Below, one piece after another: positions 43,651 through 52,705 of a DNA stretch of 64,000 bases. Source of the stretch: Candidatus Spyradenecus sp. Lineage in GTDB: Bacteria; Verrucomicrobiota; Verrucomicrobiia; Opitutales; UBA953. The notes below the pieces were generated by a model. That model did not search any database, was not told where the DNA came from, and was given only the letters and a program-made list of their open reading frames with translations. The DNA is taken from NCBI GenBank assembly GCA_045535075.1, contig JAZSKX010000013.1, positions 70,284-134,283 on the forward strand, in the 5' to 3' direction. Each line of letters opens with the position of its first letter. Position 1 is the first letter of the stretch. A program made the translations under genes and the position numbers.

Positions 43651-46047
43651 ATGGATTCATCTCTGATTGACCAACGTACGTTCCCGCAAGTCATTAAGCG
43701 CGACGGCCGCAAAGTAGATTGGGATCGTTCCCGTATCGTGCGCGCCGTTCGCTCGGCGCTTGCCAGCGTTTTTTCGCCCGCCAATTGGTACGACCTCGAA
43801 AATTTCGGGCTCTCCAAAGAGCACATTCAGCTCGCGGACGATGTCGCCCAATTCGTCGAAAATCGCACTTTCGGCGCACTTGAGGAAGGCAAAGAACCCG
43901 CAGTAGAAGACATTCAGAATACGGTTGAGCAAACGCTCATGGGATTCGGTGAGTTTCGGGCGGCGAAGGCTTACATTCTTTATCGAGCCGAACGCACGAA
44001 AGCACGACTGCTCGCCGCCGCGACATCTCCGCGCCCGAACGGCTTGCAGGATTACATCGCTATCGCCAAGTACTCGCGCTACCGCAAGGATTTGGGACGC
44101 CGCGAGGTTTGGCCGGAGCCGGTCGAGCGTGTCCGCAACATGCACCTGCGCCGCTTCGCGTGGGTCGATCGCCAGCCCGGGCTTTTTGACACGGGAACGG
44201 CTTCGTTCGCTTCGCAAATTAATGACGCGTTTCAAGCTGTTGCCGATCGACGCGTTCTTCCGTCTATGCGTTCCATGCAGTTCGGCGGCATTCCGATTGA
44301 GAAGGAAGAAGCTCGCATGTTCAATTGCGCATTTACGTTTATCAACCGCATCGAAGCCTTCCGCGAAACGCTTTGGCTTTTGCTATGCGGCACGGGAACG
44401 GGATTTTCCGTTCAAAAACGCCATATCGAGCAACTGCCGCCCTTCCCCGAACGCGGGAACGAGGAATCTCTTCCCGTCCGGCACGTCGAAGTCCAAGACA
44501 CAATCAAAGGCTGGGCGGATGCGCTTGACGCGCTCGTGCGCTCGTACCTCACAGGGCATCTTGTCGAATTCAATTACTCTAAAATTCGCGATAAGGGCAC
44601 GCCGCTGAAAACTTCCGGCGGACGCGCTCCCGGACACATTCCGCTCCGCCGTGCGCTTGAATATATCCGCAAGATTCTCGACGGCGTTGCCGGTCGCAGC
44701 ATGCGCCCGATTGAGGCTTATGACATTTTGATGTACGCCGCTCGCGCCGTGCTTTCCGGCGGGATTCGCCGCTCGGCGACCATCTGCCTGTTTTCTCCGG
44801 AAGACGAAGAAATGATGACCGCCAAAACCGGAAACTGGTTCAACGAAAATCAGCAGCGTTCGGCATCTAACAATTCGGCTGTTATCAATCGCAATACGAC
44901 GCCGAAAGACGTTTTCCTGCGCCTTTTCGAAAAACAAAAGGAATACGGCGAACCCGGATTTTACTTTGTCGAAAATGAAGATTACGGCGCCAATCCCTGC
45001 GTCGAAATCGGCTTGGCTCCGTTCGCGGATCTGAAGGAACAATCCGACATCGACCGCTTGCGGGAACTCGGTTACGAAGGTGAACTTAAGATCGGCGACC
45101 GCGTTTACGGCTGGCAAATGTGTAACCTGACGACAATCAATGCCGCCGCTTGCGCCACCGCTGAAGATTTCTATGAATCCTGCAGAAAAGCGGCTTTTAT
45201 CGGCACCCTTCAGGCTTCGTACACGAAAATGCCGTACCTCGGTCCGATTTCGCAATTCATCAACGAACGCGAATCCCTCCTCGGCGTTTCGATTACGGGA
45301 ATTTTGGACAATCCGAGTATCATGCTCGAACCCGCAATTCTGCGGCAAGGTGCGCAAGTCGTTAAAGACGAAAACGAACGCGTCGCCAATATCATCGGAA
45401 TTCCTCCCGCCGCCCGCGCAACCTGCGTCAAACCGGAAGGCACCGCCTCGCTTCTGCTCGGCACGGCTTCCGGAATTCACCCGCACCACGCCAAGCGCTA
45501 CTTCCGTCGGGTGCAGGCAAATCGCCAGGAACCGGTTTACCGCTTCTTCCACAGCATCAACCCGCAAATGACTGAGCCGAGCGTTTACGCTCCCGCGTCT
45601 GACGACGTCATTACGTTCCCGATTCAGGCACGTCCGGGAGCAATTGTACGCGACGATATTCGCGCCATCGAATTCCTGGGCTACGTCAAACTTGTTCAGC
45701 AAAACTGGGTTTGCGAAGGACGCCGCCACGAAAAATATAATCCGGGGCTTTACCACAACGTCTCCAACACCGTTGTCGTGCGGGAAGGCGAATGGGATGC
45801 CGTCGCGAACTTTATTTGGGATAATCGGCAGTTCTTTACCGGCGTTTCTCTGATTCAATACCTTGGCGACAAGGTATATCCGCAGGCTCCGAACGAAGCT
45901 GTCGCCGATGAAGCCGACCTTATGCGCTGGGAAGCCCTTGCCTATCACCCGGTTGATTACACGCAAATGCGCGAAGATACGGACAATACGAATCTTCAGG
46001 GCGAAGCCGCCTGCGCCGGCGGCAACTGCGAAATCGTCCGCACCTAA
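43651..46047 (+). CDS. nrdJ: Adenosylcobalamin-dependent (class II, monomeric-type) ribonucleotide reductase with N-terminal ATP cone
   Basis: ATP cone VIKRDG...AKAYILYR; FNC, GTGTGFS, GGIRRSA, NPCVEI, TCVKPEGT; C-terminal CAGGNC. Confidence 0.9.
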   Translation: MDSSLIDQRTFPQVIKRDGRKVDWDRSRIVRAVRSALASVFSPANWYDLENFGLSKEHIQLADDVAQFVENRTFGALEEGKEPAVEDIQNTVEQTLMGFGEFRAAKAYILYRAERTKARLLAAATSPRPNGLQDYIAIAKYSRYRKDLGRREVWPEPVERVRNMHLRRFAWVDRQPGLFDTGTASFASQINDAFQAVADRRVLPSMRSMQFGGIPIEKEEARMFNCAFTFINRIEAFRETLWLLLCGTGTGFSVQKRHIEQLPPFPERGNEESLPVRHVEVQDTIKGWADALDALVRSYLTGHLVEFNYSKIRDKGTPLKTSGGRAPGHIPLRRALEYIRKILDGVAGRSMRPIEAYDILMYAARAVLSGGIRRSATICLFSPEDEEMMTAKTGNWFNENQQRSASNNSAVINRNTTPKDVFLRLFEKQKEYGEPGFYFVENEDYGANPCVEIGLAPFADLKEQSDIDRLRELGYEGELKIGDRVYGWQMCNLTTINAAACATAEDFYESCRKAAFIGTLQASYTKMPYLGPISQFINERESLLGVSITGILDNPSIMLEPAILRQGAQVVKDENERVANIIGIPPAARATCVKPEGTASLLLGTASGIHPHHAKRYFRRVQANRQEPVYRFFHSINPQMTEPSVYAPASDDVITFPIQARPGAIVRDDIRAIEFLGYVKLVQQNWVCEGRRHEKYNPGLYHNVSNTVVVREGEWDAVANFIWDNRQFFTGVSLIQYLGDKVYPQAPNEAVADEADLMRWEALAYHPVDYTQMREDTDNTNLQGEAACAGGNCEIVRT

Positions 46048-46074
46048 GGCAAAATAAGAGATTATACTTAAAAC

Positions 46075-46124
46075 AAAAACGTTCCCGTGGGATTTTCTGC
46101 GAGAACGTTTTTTTGCGAAAGAAA
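46075..46124 (+). terminator. Intrinsic terminator of nrdJ; degenerate inverted motif pair
   Basis: AAAAACGTTCCCGTGG...CTGCGAGAACGTTTTTTT. Confidence 0.75.
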
Positions 46125-46209
46125 CACACAACTCCACGCCACTTCTATCCGAGAATTAGAGAATGTCGCATTCGCACAAAAACGCCCCAAAAACCGCACA
46201 AAAACCTGC

Positions 46210-46237
46210 TTGACAGCAATTTAGGGGGGGGTAAAAT
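46210..46237 (+). promoter_or_regulatory. Sigma70 promoter with a G8 tract in a 16-bp spacer
   Basis: TTGACA (46210-46215) gcaattta GGGGGGGG (46224-46231) TAAAAT (46232-46237). Confidence 0.8.
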
Positions 46238-46273
46238 TGAAGCTTCACTTTCAATAACTACCATTAAATCCCT

Positions 46274-47062
46274 ATGAAGAAACATATTACCCTCGCGGCT
46301 CTCCTCTCTGCAGGCGCCGCTTTCGCTAACGCAGAATCGGTAACGATTCACGACACTGAGTTCACCTCTCCGACAGCCCAAGCTTTACACAGCGCATTTT
46401 CTTCAAACACGGACGCTGCAAATGCAAACGCATATATCAGCAACTTAGCCTATTATACGAACGGCACTAAAGGATACACTTATGGAGGTTTTTACGTCAA
46501 AAATGACGGAGGGTTGAAATTCAATCACGGCACAAATGTCACTGTTTCATTCCTCTATATTGACAGTGGTATTTCTCTAAGACCGAACAATACAAACAGC
46601 CTTGTAGGACAAATCAACTGGAGTAATCAAACTGCTAAATTGCTTTTAAGCAACGCTACAGATGCCTGGGTTGATATCAACGCAAATTATGGAACCGCGA
46701 TCGACCTCAGCAACATGGTTGCCGCGTCGTCTATTTATCTGAATACCTTGGGTTCGCTCGCGACTACAACCAGTAGCGCCTCCATTTACGCAACGGCACT
46801 GACGAATCTCGTCGAGATTGGAGAGCATTCTTCAATTTACGCGTATGACTCAGAAACTAAGACAGTTACCCGTACGCTTTTATCCGGCGATTATTCCGGT
46901 TGGAACGGTACGGTAACACTTTCCGGGGTTTCAAACTACAACATAACAAACGATAGTAACGGCTTGAAGGTTTCCTATGTTATCCCTGAGCCGTCGATGT
47001 TTGGCTTGCTTGCCGGTCTCGGAGCACTCGCGCTCGTCGGCACGCGTCGCCGTCGCCGTTAA
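46274..47062 (+). CDS. PEP-CTERM sorting-domain surface protein
   Basis: Signal peptide; N/S/T/Y-rich body; C-terminal IPEPS + TM helix + RRRRR. Confidence 0.92.
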   Translation: MKKHITLAALLSAGAAFANAESVTIHDTEFTSPTAQALHSAFSSNTDAANANAYISNLAYYTNGTKGYTYGGFYVKNDGGLKFNHGTNVTVSFLYIDSGISLRPNNTNSLVGQINWSNQTAKLLLSNATDAWVDINANYGTAIDLSNMVAASSIYLNTLGSLATTTSSASIYATALTNLVEIGEHSSIYAYDSETKTVTRTLLSGDYSGWNGTVTLSGVSNYNITNDSNGLKVSYVIPEPSMFGLLAGLGALALVGTRRRRR

Positions 47063-47149
47063 TAAAAGAAATTCTCGCAAGAAGCACGTTAAGTTCGCAA
47101 GGTTTAAGATAAACTCTGTGATTTTCACGCGCTCGGCGAGAGATTTTTC

Positions 47150-47196
47150 AAAAAAAAAACGTTCCCGTAATTTATTTCGCGGGAACGTTTTTTTTT
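47150..47196 (+). terminator. Intrinsic terminator; inverted motif pair with A- and T-tracts
   Basis: A-tract, CGTTCCCGT, aatttatttc, GCGGGAACG, T-tract. Confidence 0.85.
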
Positions 47197-47289
47197 GCGG
47201 AAGAAAGCCACTCTTACAGCGCTGCACAAAACGAGGTTTAATTTCTTTTTTAGGAACGGTTTTTTCTTTATTATTCCAAGTGCAAACTC

Positions 47290-48216
47290 ATGAAAAAACA
47301 CTTATTTTCTATTCTCACGACACTGGCATTGAGCGGACTCCCCGCCGCTTACGGGAACGACGATTGGGTTTTGGTCTTTGAAGATCAATTCACGGGAACG
47401 TCGCTCAACTCGCACAACTGGAGTCGCATCGACTATGTCAATTGGGGCGTCTCCGACTGGCGCAAATACCAATCGCAGGAAGCCGAACTACTGCAAATGA
47501 ACGGCAATTCCGTTACGCTTTGGGGTAAATACGGAAACTACGTCACGCAGAGCAATCAAGCGGCAGCGACCGACACTTATGCCTGCGCAGGAATTTATAC
47601 TTTAAGTACATTTAAATTCCAATACGGGCGCGTGGAAGTGCGCGCAAAGTTTGATAGTGTGCAGGGTTGTTGGCCCGCCATTTGGCTAATGCCGAAAAAC
47701 GGCGGAACTTGGCCTGCGTCCGGCGAGATTGACCTCATGGAGCATCTGAACTACGAAGGCAGTGTTTACCAAACACTTCATTATACGAATAACTCCGGGG
47801 CGAATGCGTCGTCGTCGGTTCATCCGGACTTCGCGAGCTATGGCGGCGGTAGCAAAAACGATTGGCACACTTACGCGCTGGAATGGACAGTAAGCGGAAT
47901 AACGTTTTATTTGGACGGAGTTAAAACGAAAACGTTTTCGAGTTCGCTTTCTTCGCGTTGGCCCTTCGATGATGCAGGGAATGAATTTTATCTGATAATC
48001 GACCAACAAATCGGCGGAAGCTGGGTTGAAGGCTTGGGTGCCGGCGGCATTGATCGGACGACGCTCGCGAACAACGGCGCGGCATTTGAAATTGATTACG
48101 TGAAAGTGTGGTCGGATCCGAGTTATATGCACATTGTTCCGGAACCGTCGGTATTCGGCTTACTCGCAGGCTTGGGAGCTTTGGCGCTCGTCAGCGTGCG
48201 TCGCAGGCATCGCTAG
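47290..48216 (+). CDS. Glycoside hydrolase family 16 protein with PEP-CTERM anchor
   Basis: Signal peptide; YGRVEVRAK, WPAIW, catalytic EIDLME, WHTYALEW, IDYVKVW; VPEPS-TM-RRRHR. Confidence 0.92.
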   Translation: MKKHLFSILTTLALSGLPAAYGNDDWVLVFEDQFTGTSLNSHNWSRIDYVNWGVSDWRKYQSQEAELLQMNGNSVTLWGKYGNYVTQSNQAAATDTYACAGIYTLSTFKFQYGRVEVRAKFDSVQGCWPAIWLMPKNGGTWPASGEIDLMEHLNYEGSVYQTLHYTNNSGANASSSVHPDFASYGGGSKNDWHTYALEWTVSGITFYLDGVKTKTFSSSLSSRWPFDDAGNEFYLIIDQQIGGSWVEGLGAGGIDRTTLANNGAAFEIDYVKVWSDPSYMHIVPEPSVFGLLAGLGALALVSVRRRHR

Positions 48217-48473
48217 TTTCCGGATTCTCGCTTTCACGGGGAGCCGTTTCTCAAAAATCTTTTCAATGTTTTATTTCATTTTTATGCGGCAGCGCTAATG
48301 GTTTGACGAACGCGTTTCTGCCACCGGAAGCTTAAGAAATCCAACTGCGAATTCTACTCCCATCGGATAGAACTTTTATGTTTCTTGCTCAAAAAGCGGG
48401 AACGAAAAATTCCTGCCGAAAAAACTTCGCCTTTCCCAAAGACGGTTAAATTCGTTAGAATTGGAAATTAATC

Positions 48474-49553
48474 ATGGAAAAGATTTTTGATACCGTAGAA
48501 GAAGCCCTTGCCGCGATTGCCGCGGGTGAAGTCATCATCGTTGCCGACGACGAGAATCGCGAAAACGAATGCGACCTTGTGATGTCCGGCGAGAAAGCGA
48601 CGCCGGAAAAGATTAATCTCATGATTCAGTACGCACGCGGCTTGATTTGTGCGCCGAACACGGAGCCGGCGTTGCGTCGCCTCGGGATTTTCCCGATGGT
48701 TCCCGTAAACACGGAATCGTATCGTACGGCGTTTACGGTTTCGGTCGATGCCGCAGAAGGCATCACGACGGGGATTTCTGCCTACGACCGAGCTCGCACG
48801 ATCAATTTGCTCTCCTCGGACAAGAGTGTTCCCGCGGATTTGGTCCAGCCCGGGCACATTTTCCCGCTTACGGCAAAGCCGGGCGGCGTCCTCCAGCGCG
48901 CCGGGCACACCGAAGCGACGGTGGATTTGACATTGCTCGCCGGCTTGCATCCGGGCGGGGTTTGTTGCGAAATCACGAATGACGACGGCACGATGGCGCG
49001 CCTGCCTGACGGCGTAGAGTTTGCGAAGCGTTTCGGATTAAAAATGGTTTCCGTCGCCCAGCTTATCGAATACCGCTATCGGCGGGAACGCCTGATTAAA
49101 CTTGAGGCGGAAATGCCGTTCGAGTCCGAATTCGGACAGTTTACGATGCGCGTTTTCCGGAGTGTTGTTGACGGCAAGCGCCACGTTGCCCTTTCCTGCG
49201 GGAACGTATCCGACGGGCGCCCGGTACTTGTGCGCGTTCACCGCGAAAACATGTTCGGCGACGTTTTCCGCGGAAAAGCGTTCGGCAAGCCGGGAATGCT
49301 TCCGGCGGCATTTGAAATGATTGCCCGCGAAGGACGCGGAATCGTTCTTTACATGGCAAATTCGGAGCGCATACTCCCGGAAGCGCCTTCTGCCGAGCCG
49401 CCTGCAAATCTCGACCAACGTGATTTCGGCATCGGCGCGCAAATCCTCGCCGAGCTCGGAGCCAATCAGATTCGCCTGATTACGAACAATCCGAAAAAAG
49501 TCGTCGGGCTCAACGCATTCGGTCTGCGAATTCTTGAGCAAATTCCGGTTTAA
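48474..49553 (+). CDS. ribB: DHBP synthase RibB fused to a degenerate GTP cyclohydrolase II domain (RibBX-like)
   Basis: DDENRENECD, TAFTVSVD, TTGISA, PGHIFPL, RAGHTEA; C-domain has VRVH, GIGAQIL, TNNPKK but no Zn cysteines. Confidence 0.9.
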   Translation: MEKIFDTVEEALAAIAAGEVIIVADDENRENECDLVMSGEKATPEKINLMIQYARGLICAPNTEPALRRLGIFPMVPVNTESYRTAFTVSVDAAEGITTGISAYDRARTINLLSSDKSVPADLVQPGHIFPLTAKPGGVLQRAGHTEATVDLTLLAGLHPGGVCCEITNDDGTMARLPDGVEFAKRFGLKMVSVAQLIEYRYRRERLIKLEAEMPFESEFGQFTMRVFRSVVDGKRHVALSCGNVSDGRPVLVRVHRENMFGDVFRGKAFGKPGMLPAAFEMIAREGRGIVLYMANSERILPEAPSAEPPANLDQRDFGIGAQILAELGANQIRLITNNPKKVVGLNAFGLRILEQIPV

Positions 49554-49608
49554 AAAGCGTTCCCGCGAATCCCGAATTTGGCATAAATTCTGCATCATAC
49601 GTTTCATT

Positions 49609-50259
49609 ATGTGCGACAAAGAAGACAAACAAGGCGCCGAAAGCACTCCCGTATCGGCGCAAATCCAAAGAGAATTTCTCAAGCAGCGTAAAATTTTTCT
49701 CTGGGGAGCCGTGGAAGATGCTTCCGCACGTGAAATCACGGAAAAATTGCTTTACCTTGAATCCGTCGCCCCGGGCGAACCGATTACGTTTTACATCAAT
49801 ACGCCGGGCGGTTCAATTACCGCAGGAATGGCGATTTATGACACGATCAAGCTCATTTCCTCGCCGGTAAAAGTCATTGTAACCGGCATGGCAGCGTCGA
49901 TGGGTTCGATTCTTCTGAGCGCTCCCGCAAAGGGAAACCGCTTCCTTTACCCGCATGCACAAGTCATGATTCACCAGCCGCTGATTATGGGGCAATTCCA
50001 AGGTCCGGCTGTTGATCTTCATATCCAGGCACAGGAAATGGAACGTACGCGGGAAGAACTCAATCGCATTCTCGCTGCCGCCTCCGGTCAGCCGCTTGAA
50101 AAAATCACGCGCGACACCGACCGCGATTTTTACCTGAGCGCAACGGAAGCCATCGAATACGGGCTTGCCGATGCAATTATCGCTCCCGACGGAGCAACAC
50201 CAAACGTGCAGGGAACCACCCCCAAAGCCGCAAAAAAATCCGTCGCGAAGAAAAAATAA
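49609..50259 (+). CDS. clpP: ATP-dependent Clp protease proteolytic subunit
   Basis: YINTPGGS, GMAASMGS, MIHQP, DTDRD, EAIEYGL; ATG at 49609. Confidence 0.94.
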   Translation: MCDKEDKQGAESTPVSAQIQREFLKQRKIFLWGAVEDASAREITEKLLYLESVAPGEPITFYINTPGGSITAGMAIYDTIKLISSPVKVIVTGMAASMGSILLSAPAKGNRFLYPHAQVMIHQPLIMGQFQGPAVDLHIQAQEMERTREELNRILAAASGQPLEKITRDTDRDFYLSATEAIEYGLADAIIAPDGATPNVQGTTPKAAKKSVAKKK

Positions 50260-50286
50260 TCCGCCTTCGAGCAAAACTCTTTCAAA

Positions 50287-52620
50287 ATGTCTGTCTTTCG
50301 GAAACACCTTTATCACGCCGCACTTGCCGCGTTTTTAGCAGTTCCCGCCGTTTTAGCATCGGAAGAAAACGCCCCGAAGGCGCCGGCTCCGTCAGTCGTC
50401 GCTCCCGTGCGGGAAGAAGCCATGCGTTACACGACGACGCAGGAAATGAAAGACGACATTCGGCTGACGCGCTTTTGTCTGAATCGTTTTCATCTCTCGC
50501 AGAAGAACGTCAACGAAATCGACATGAAAGAGGTTTTGAAGAACCTTTCGTCGGCGCTTGATCCTTCGCGCAGTTTTTTCCTTCAAAGCGACTATACATT
50601 GATGTGTGATCGCTTTGCTCCCGCGCTTCCTTATTTTCTGGAAAAAGGAAATATGGCGTCCGCGTTTGCCATTTACGAAACATATCGCAACCGCGTCAAT
50701 GAGCGCATTGATTGGATTCAGGAACGACTTCAAAAGCCGTTTAACCTCGCGGGAACGGGTTCGCTCAAGCTCAACCGCAAGGACGATCCGTGGCCGGAAG
50801 ATGCCGCCGCTGCCGATGCGTTTTGGGAGCAACGCCTGACCAATGATTTAATTAACGAACTTTTAAGCTCAAAAAACGAAAAGGATAAAAAAGCGAAAAA
50901 CGCCGCTCCCGTGCCGCCGGATATCTCCGAAAAATCGATTTCGGTAGCATGCAAAAAAATCGGCGAACGCTATGAAAAACTGCGCAAAAACCTCGTCCTT
51001 GAACCTTGGGAAGTTGAAGAGCTCTTTCTCAATGCGCTGACCAAACAGTTTGACCCGCACACGACGTTCTTTCCCAAAGAATCCATGGAAGATTTTCAAA
51101 TCGCGATGCGCAATTCCCTCTGCGGAATCGGAGCTTTGCTCTACGATGACGAAGGTTATTGCACAATTCGCGAAATCATTCCGGGCGGTCCCGTCGATCG
51201 CTCCGGAAAATTTTCCGTCGGCGATCGCATTGTCGCAGTCGGTACGGGAACAGACGAGTCCGCCGATTTAACCGATGTTGTCGGAATGCGCCTCAATCGC
51301 ATTGTCCGTATGTTGCGCGGGAACAAAGGAGAATCCGTTCGCCTGCTTGTCGAATCCGGCAGCGATCACAGTAACCGAAAGTATATCACGCTGATTCGCG
51401 ACGACGTTAAACTCACGGAACAATTGGCGACTGCAAAAATTATCGACGTTCCCGTCGACGGGAAAACCGTTCCCGTCGGAGTTATCCACCTGCCCTCCTT
51501 CTACGGAAAAGACCGCGACGACAAACAGGCTTTCAGCACGACAGACGACGTCAAGGAACTCCTCGGAAAGCTTAAGGGAAAAAATATCAGTGCCGTTATT
51601 CTTGATCTGCGCGACAACGGCGGCGGCTATTTGAATGAGGCGGTTGATCTGACCGAGCTCTTCGTCGGCTCCGGCGAGCCGGTTGTTCAGGTTCGCGGAA
51701 TTTCGGAACGCGACATCAATGTCCTTAAAACCGGGCGCAGAACAATTTTGCAGGCGGCAAAGAATATTTTTGTCACGACGCTTCCCGATTGGAACGGTCC
51801 GCTGATTGTTCTCGTTTCGAAAGCAAGCGCTTCGGCAAGCGAAATCGTTGCGGGAGCGTTACGGGACAATCGCCGTGCGCTGATTGTCGGAGATCCGCAA
51901 ACCCACGGAAAAGGCTCCGTACAAGAAATCATGCCGTACAGCTACGTTGTCGGCGACAGCAAGCAAAAAGCTTCGATTAAGATTACGCGAAGCAAATGGT
52001 ACGCGCCTTCCGGCAATTCGATTCAGCTCAAAGGCGTTGCGGCGGATATTACGGTTCCGTCCGCATACAGTGTTTTACCGATTGCTGAAAGCGATTTGGA
52101 AAAACCGCTCCCGTGGGACTCCATCCGTTCCGTGCTTTCTGACGACCGTTCAACTCCCGGCTGGCTTTCTGCGCCGATTTCCCAAGAACTCATCGACACG
52201 CTGTCGCAGGCGAGCCTGAAGCGCCAAGCAGAGCTTCCCGAATTTCTCACTCACAATCGAACAATCGCATGGTGGGCGCGGCGGGAAAACGACAAATCCG
52301 TCCCGCTCAATATCGAAGAGCGAATTGAACAGCGTAATTCGGACTTGGACTTCTTTAAACTCGTCCGGGACGAATACTCTGAATTCGCCAAGACGGATTT
52401 TACCACAACGGAAGTCAAATTGGATTCGGCGCTTGAGCAGGAAAAAACCGGCGACGATTCCCGAAACAGCAAGTCCGCGCAAAATCGCAGTGCTTCCATG
52501 CTTCCCGGTATAAGCGACGAAGAAGACAAAGAAGAATTGCCGGATTACGACGTCGTTCTTCGCGAAGCCGCGCGCATCGCCGCCGATTGGGTTGAGTTCA
52601 ATCGTTCCCGCAAGGAATAA
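50287..52620 (+). CDS. prc: Carboxy-terminal processing protease (S41, Prc/Tsp type)
   Basis: Signal peptide; DPHT, GIGA (PDZ), DLRDNGGG, SASASEI, GKGSVQ. Confidence 0.92.
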   Translation: MSVFRKHLYHAALAAFLAVPAVLASEENAPKAPAPSVVAPVREEAMRYTTTQEMKDDIRLTRFCLNRFHLSQKNVNEIDMKEVLKNLSSALDPSRSFFLQSDYTLMCDRFAPALPYFLEKGNMASAFAIYETYRNRVNERIDWIQERLQKPFNLAGTGSLKLNRKDDPWPEDAAAADAFWEQRLTNDLINELLSSKNEKDKKAKNAAPVPPDISEKSISVACKKIGERYEKLRKNLVLEPWEVEELFLNALTKQFDPHTTFFPKESMEDFQIAMRNSLCGIGALLYDDEGYCTIREIIPGGPVDRSGKFSVGDRIVAVGTGTDESADLTDVVGMRLNRIVRMLRGNKGESVRLLVESGSDHSNRKYITLIRDDVKLTEQLATAKIIDVPVDGKTVPVGVIHLPSFYGKDRDDKQAFSTTDDVKELLGKLKGKNISAVILDLRDNGGGYLNEAVDLTELFVGSGEPVVQVRGISERDINVLKTGRRTILQAAKNIFVTTLPDWNGPLIVLVSKASASASEIVAGALRDNRRALIVGDPQTHGKGSVQEIMPYSYVVGDSKQKASIKITRSKWYAPSGNSIQLKGVAADITVPSAYSVLPIAESDLEKPLPWDSIRSVLSDDRSTPGWLSAPISQELIDTLSQASLKRQAELPEFLTHNRTIAWWARRENDKSVPLNIEERIEQRNSDLDFFKLVRDEYSEFAKTDFTTTEVKLDSALEQEKTGDDSRNSKSAQNRSASMLPGISDEEDKEELPDYDVVLREAARIAADWVEFNRSRKE

Positions 52621-52632
52621 CAAGCCGCGTGT

Positions 52633-52677
52633 TTCACAAAAAAAGCTTCGGTTTAACCCCGAAGCTTTTTTTGTGAA
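52633..52677. terminator. Bidirectional terminator between prc and nspC
   Basis: TTCACAAAAAAAGCTTCGG...CCGAAGCTTTTTTTGTGAA, a perfect 19-bp inverted repeat. Confidence 0.85.
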
Positions 52678-52705
52678 CCGGAAACGCAATCGTTCCCGGA
52701 GATTT

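Noticed and set aside
44383..46137. 584-aa antisense ORF over nrdJ (likewise 11829..13040 over eno, 10415..11560 over pfp, 20448..21800 over rho, 57855..58937 over the U32 gene)
   Set aside because: Shadow ORFs on the opposite strand of well-conserved genes; explained by codon bias, with no recognisable motifs
48217..48473. FMN riboswitch upstream of ribB
   Set aside because: The conserved RFN elements (AGGGTGAAATTCCCGACCG-like) are not present
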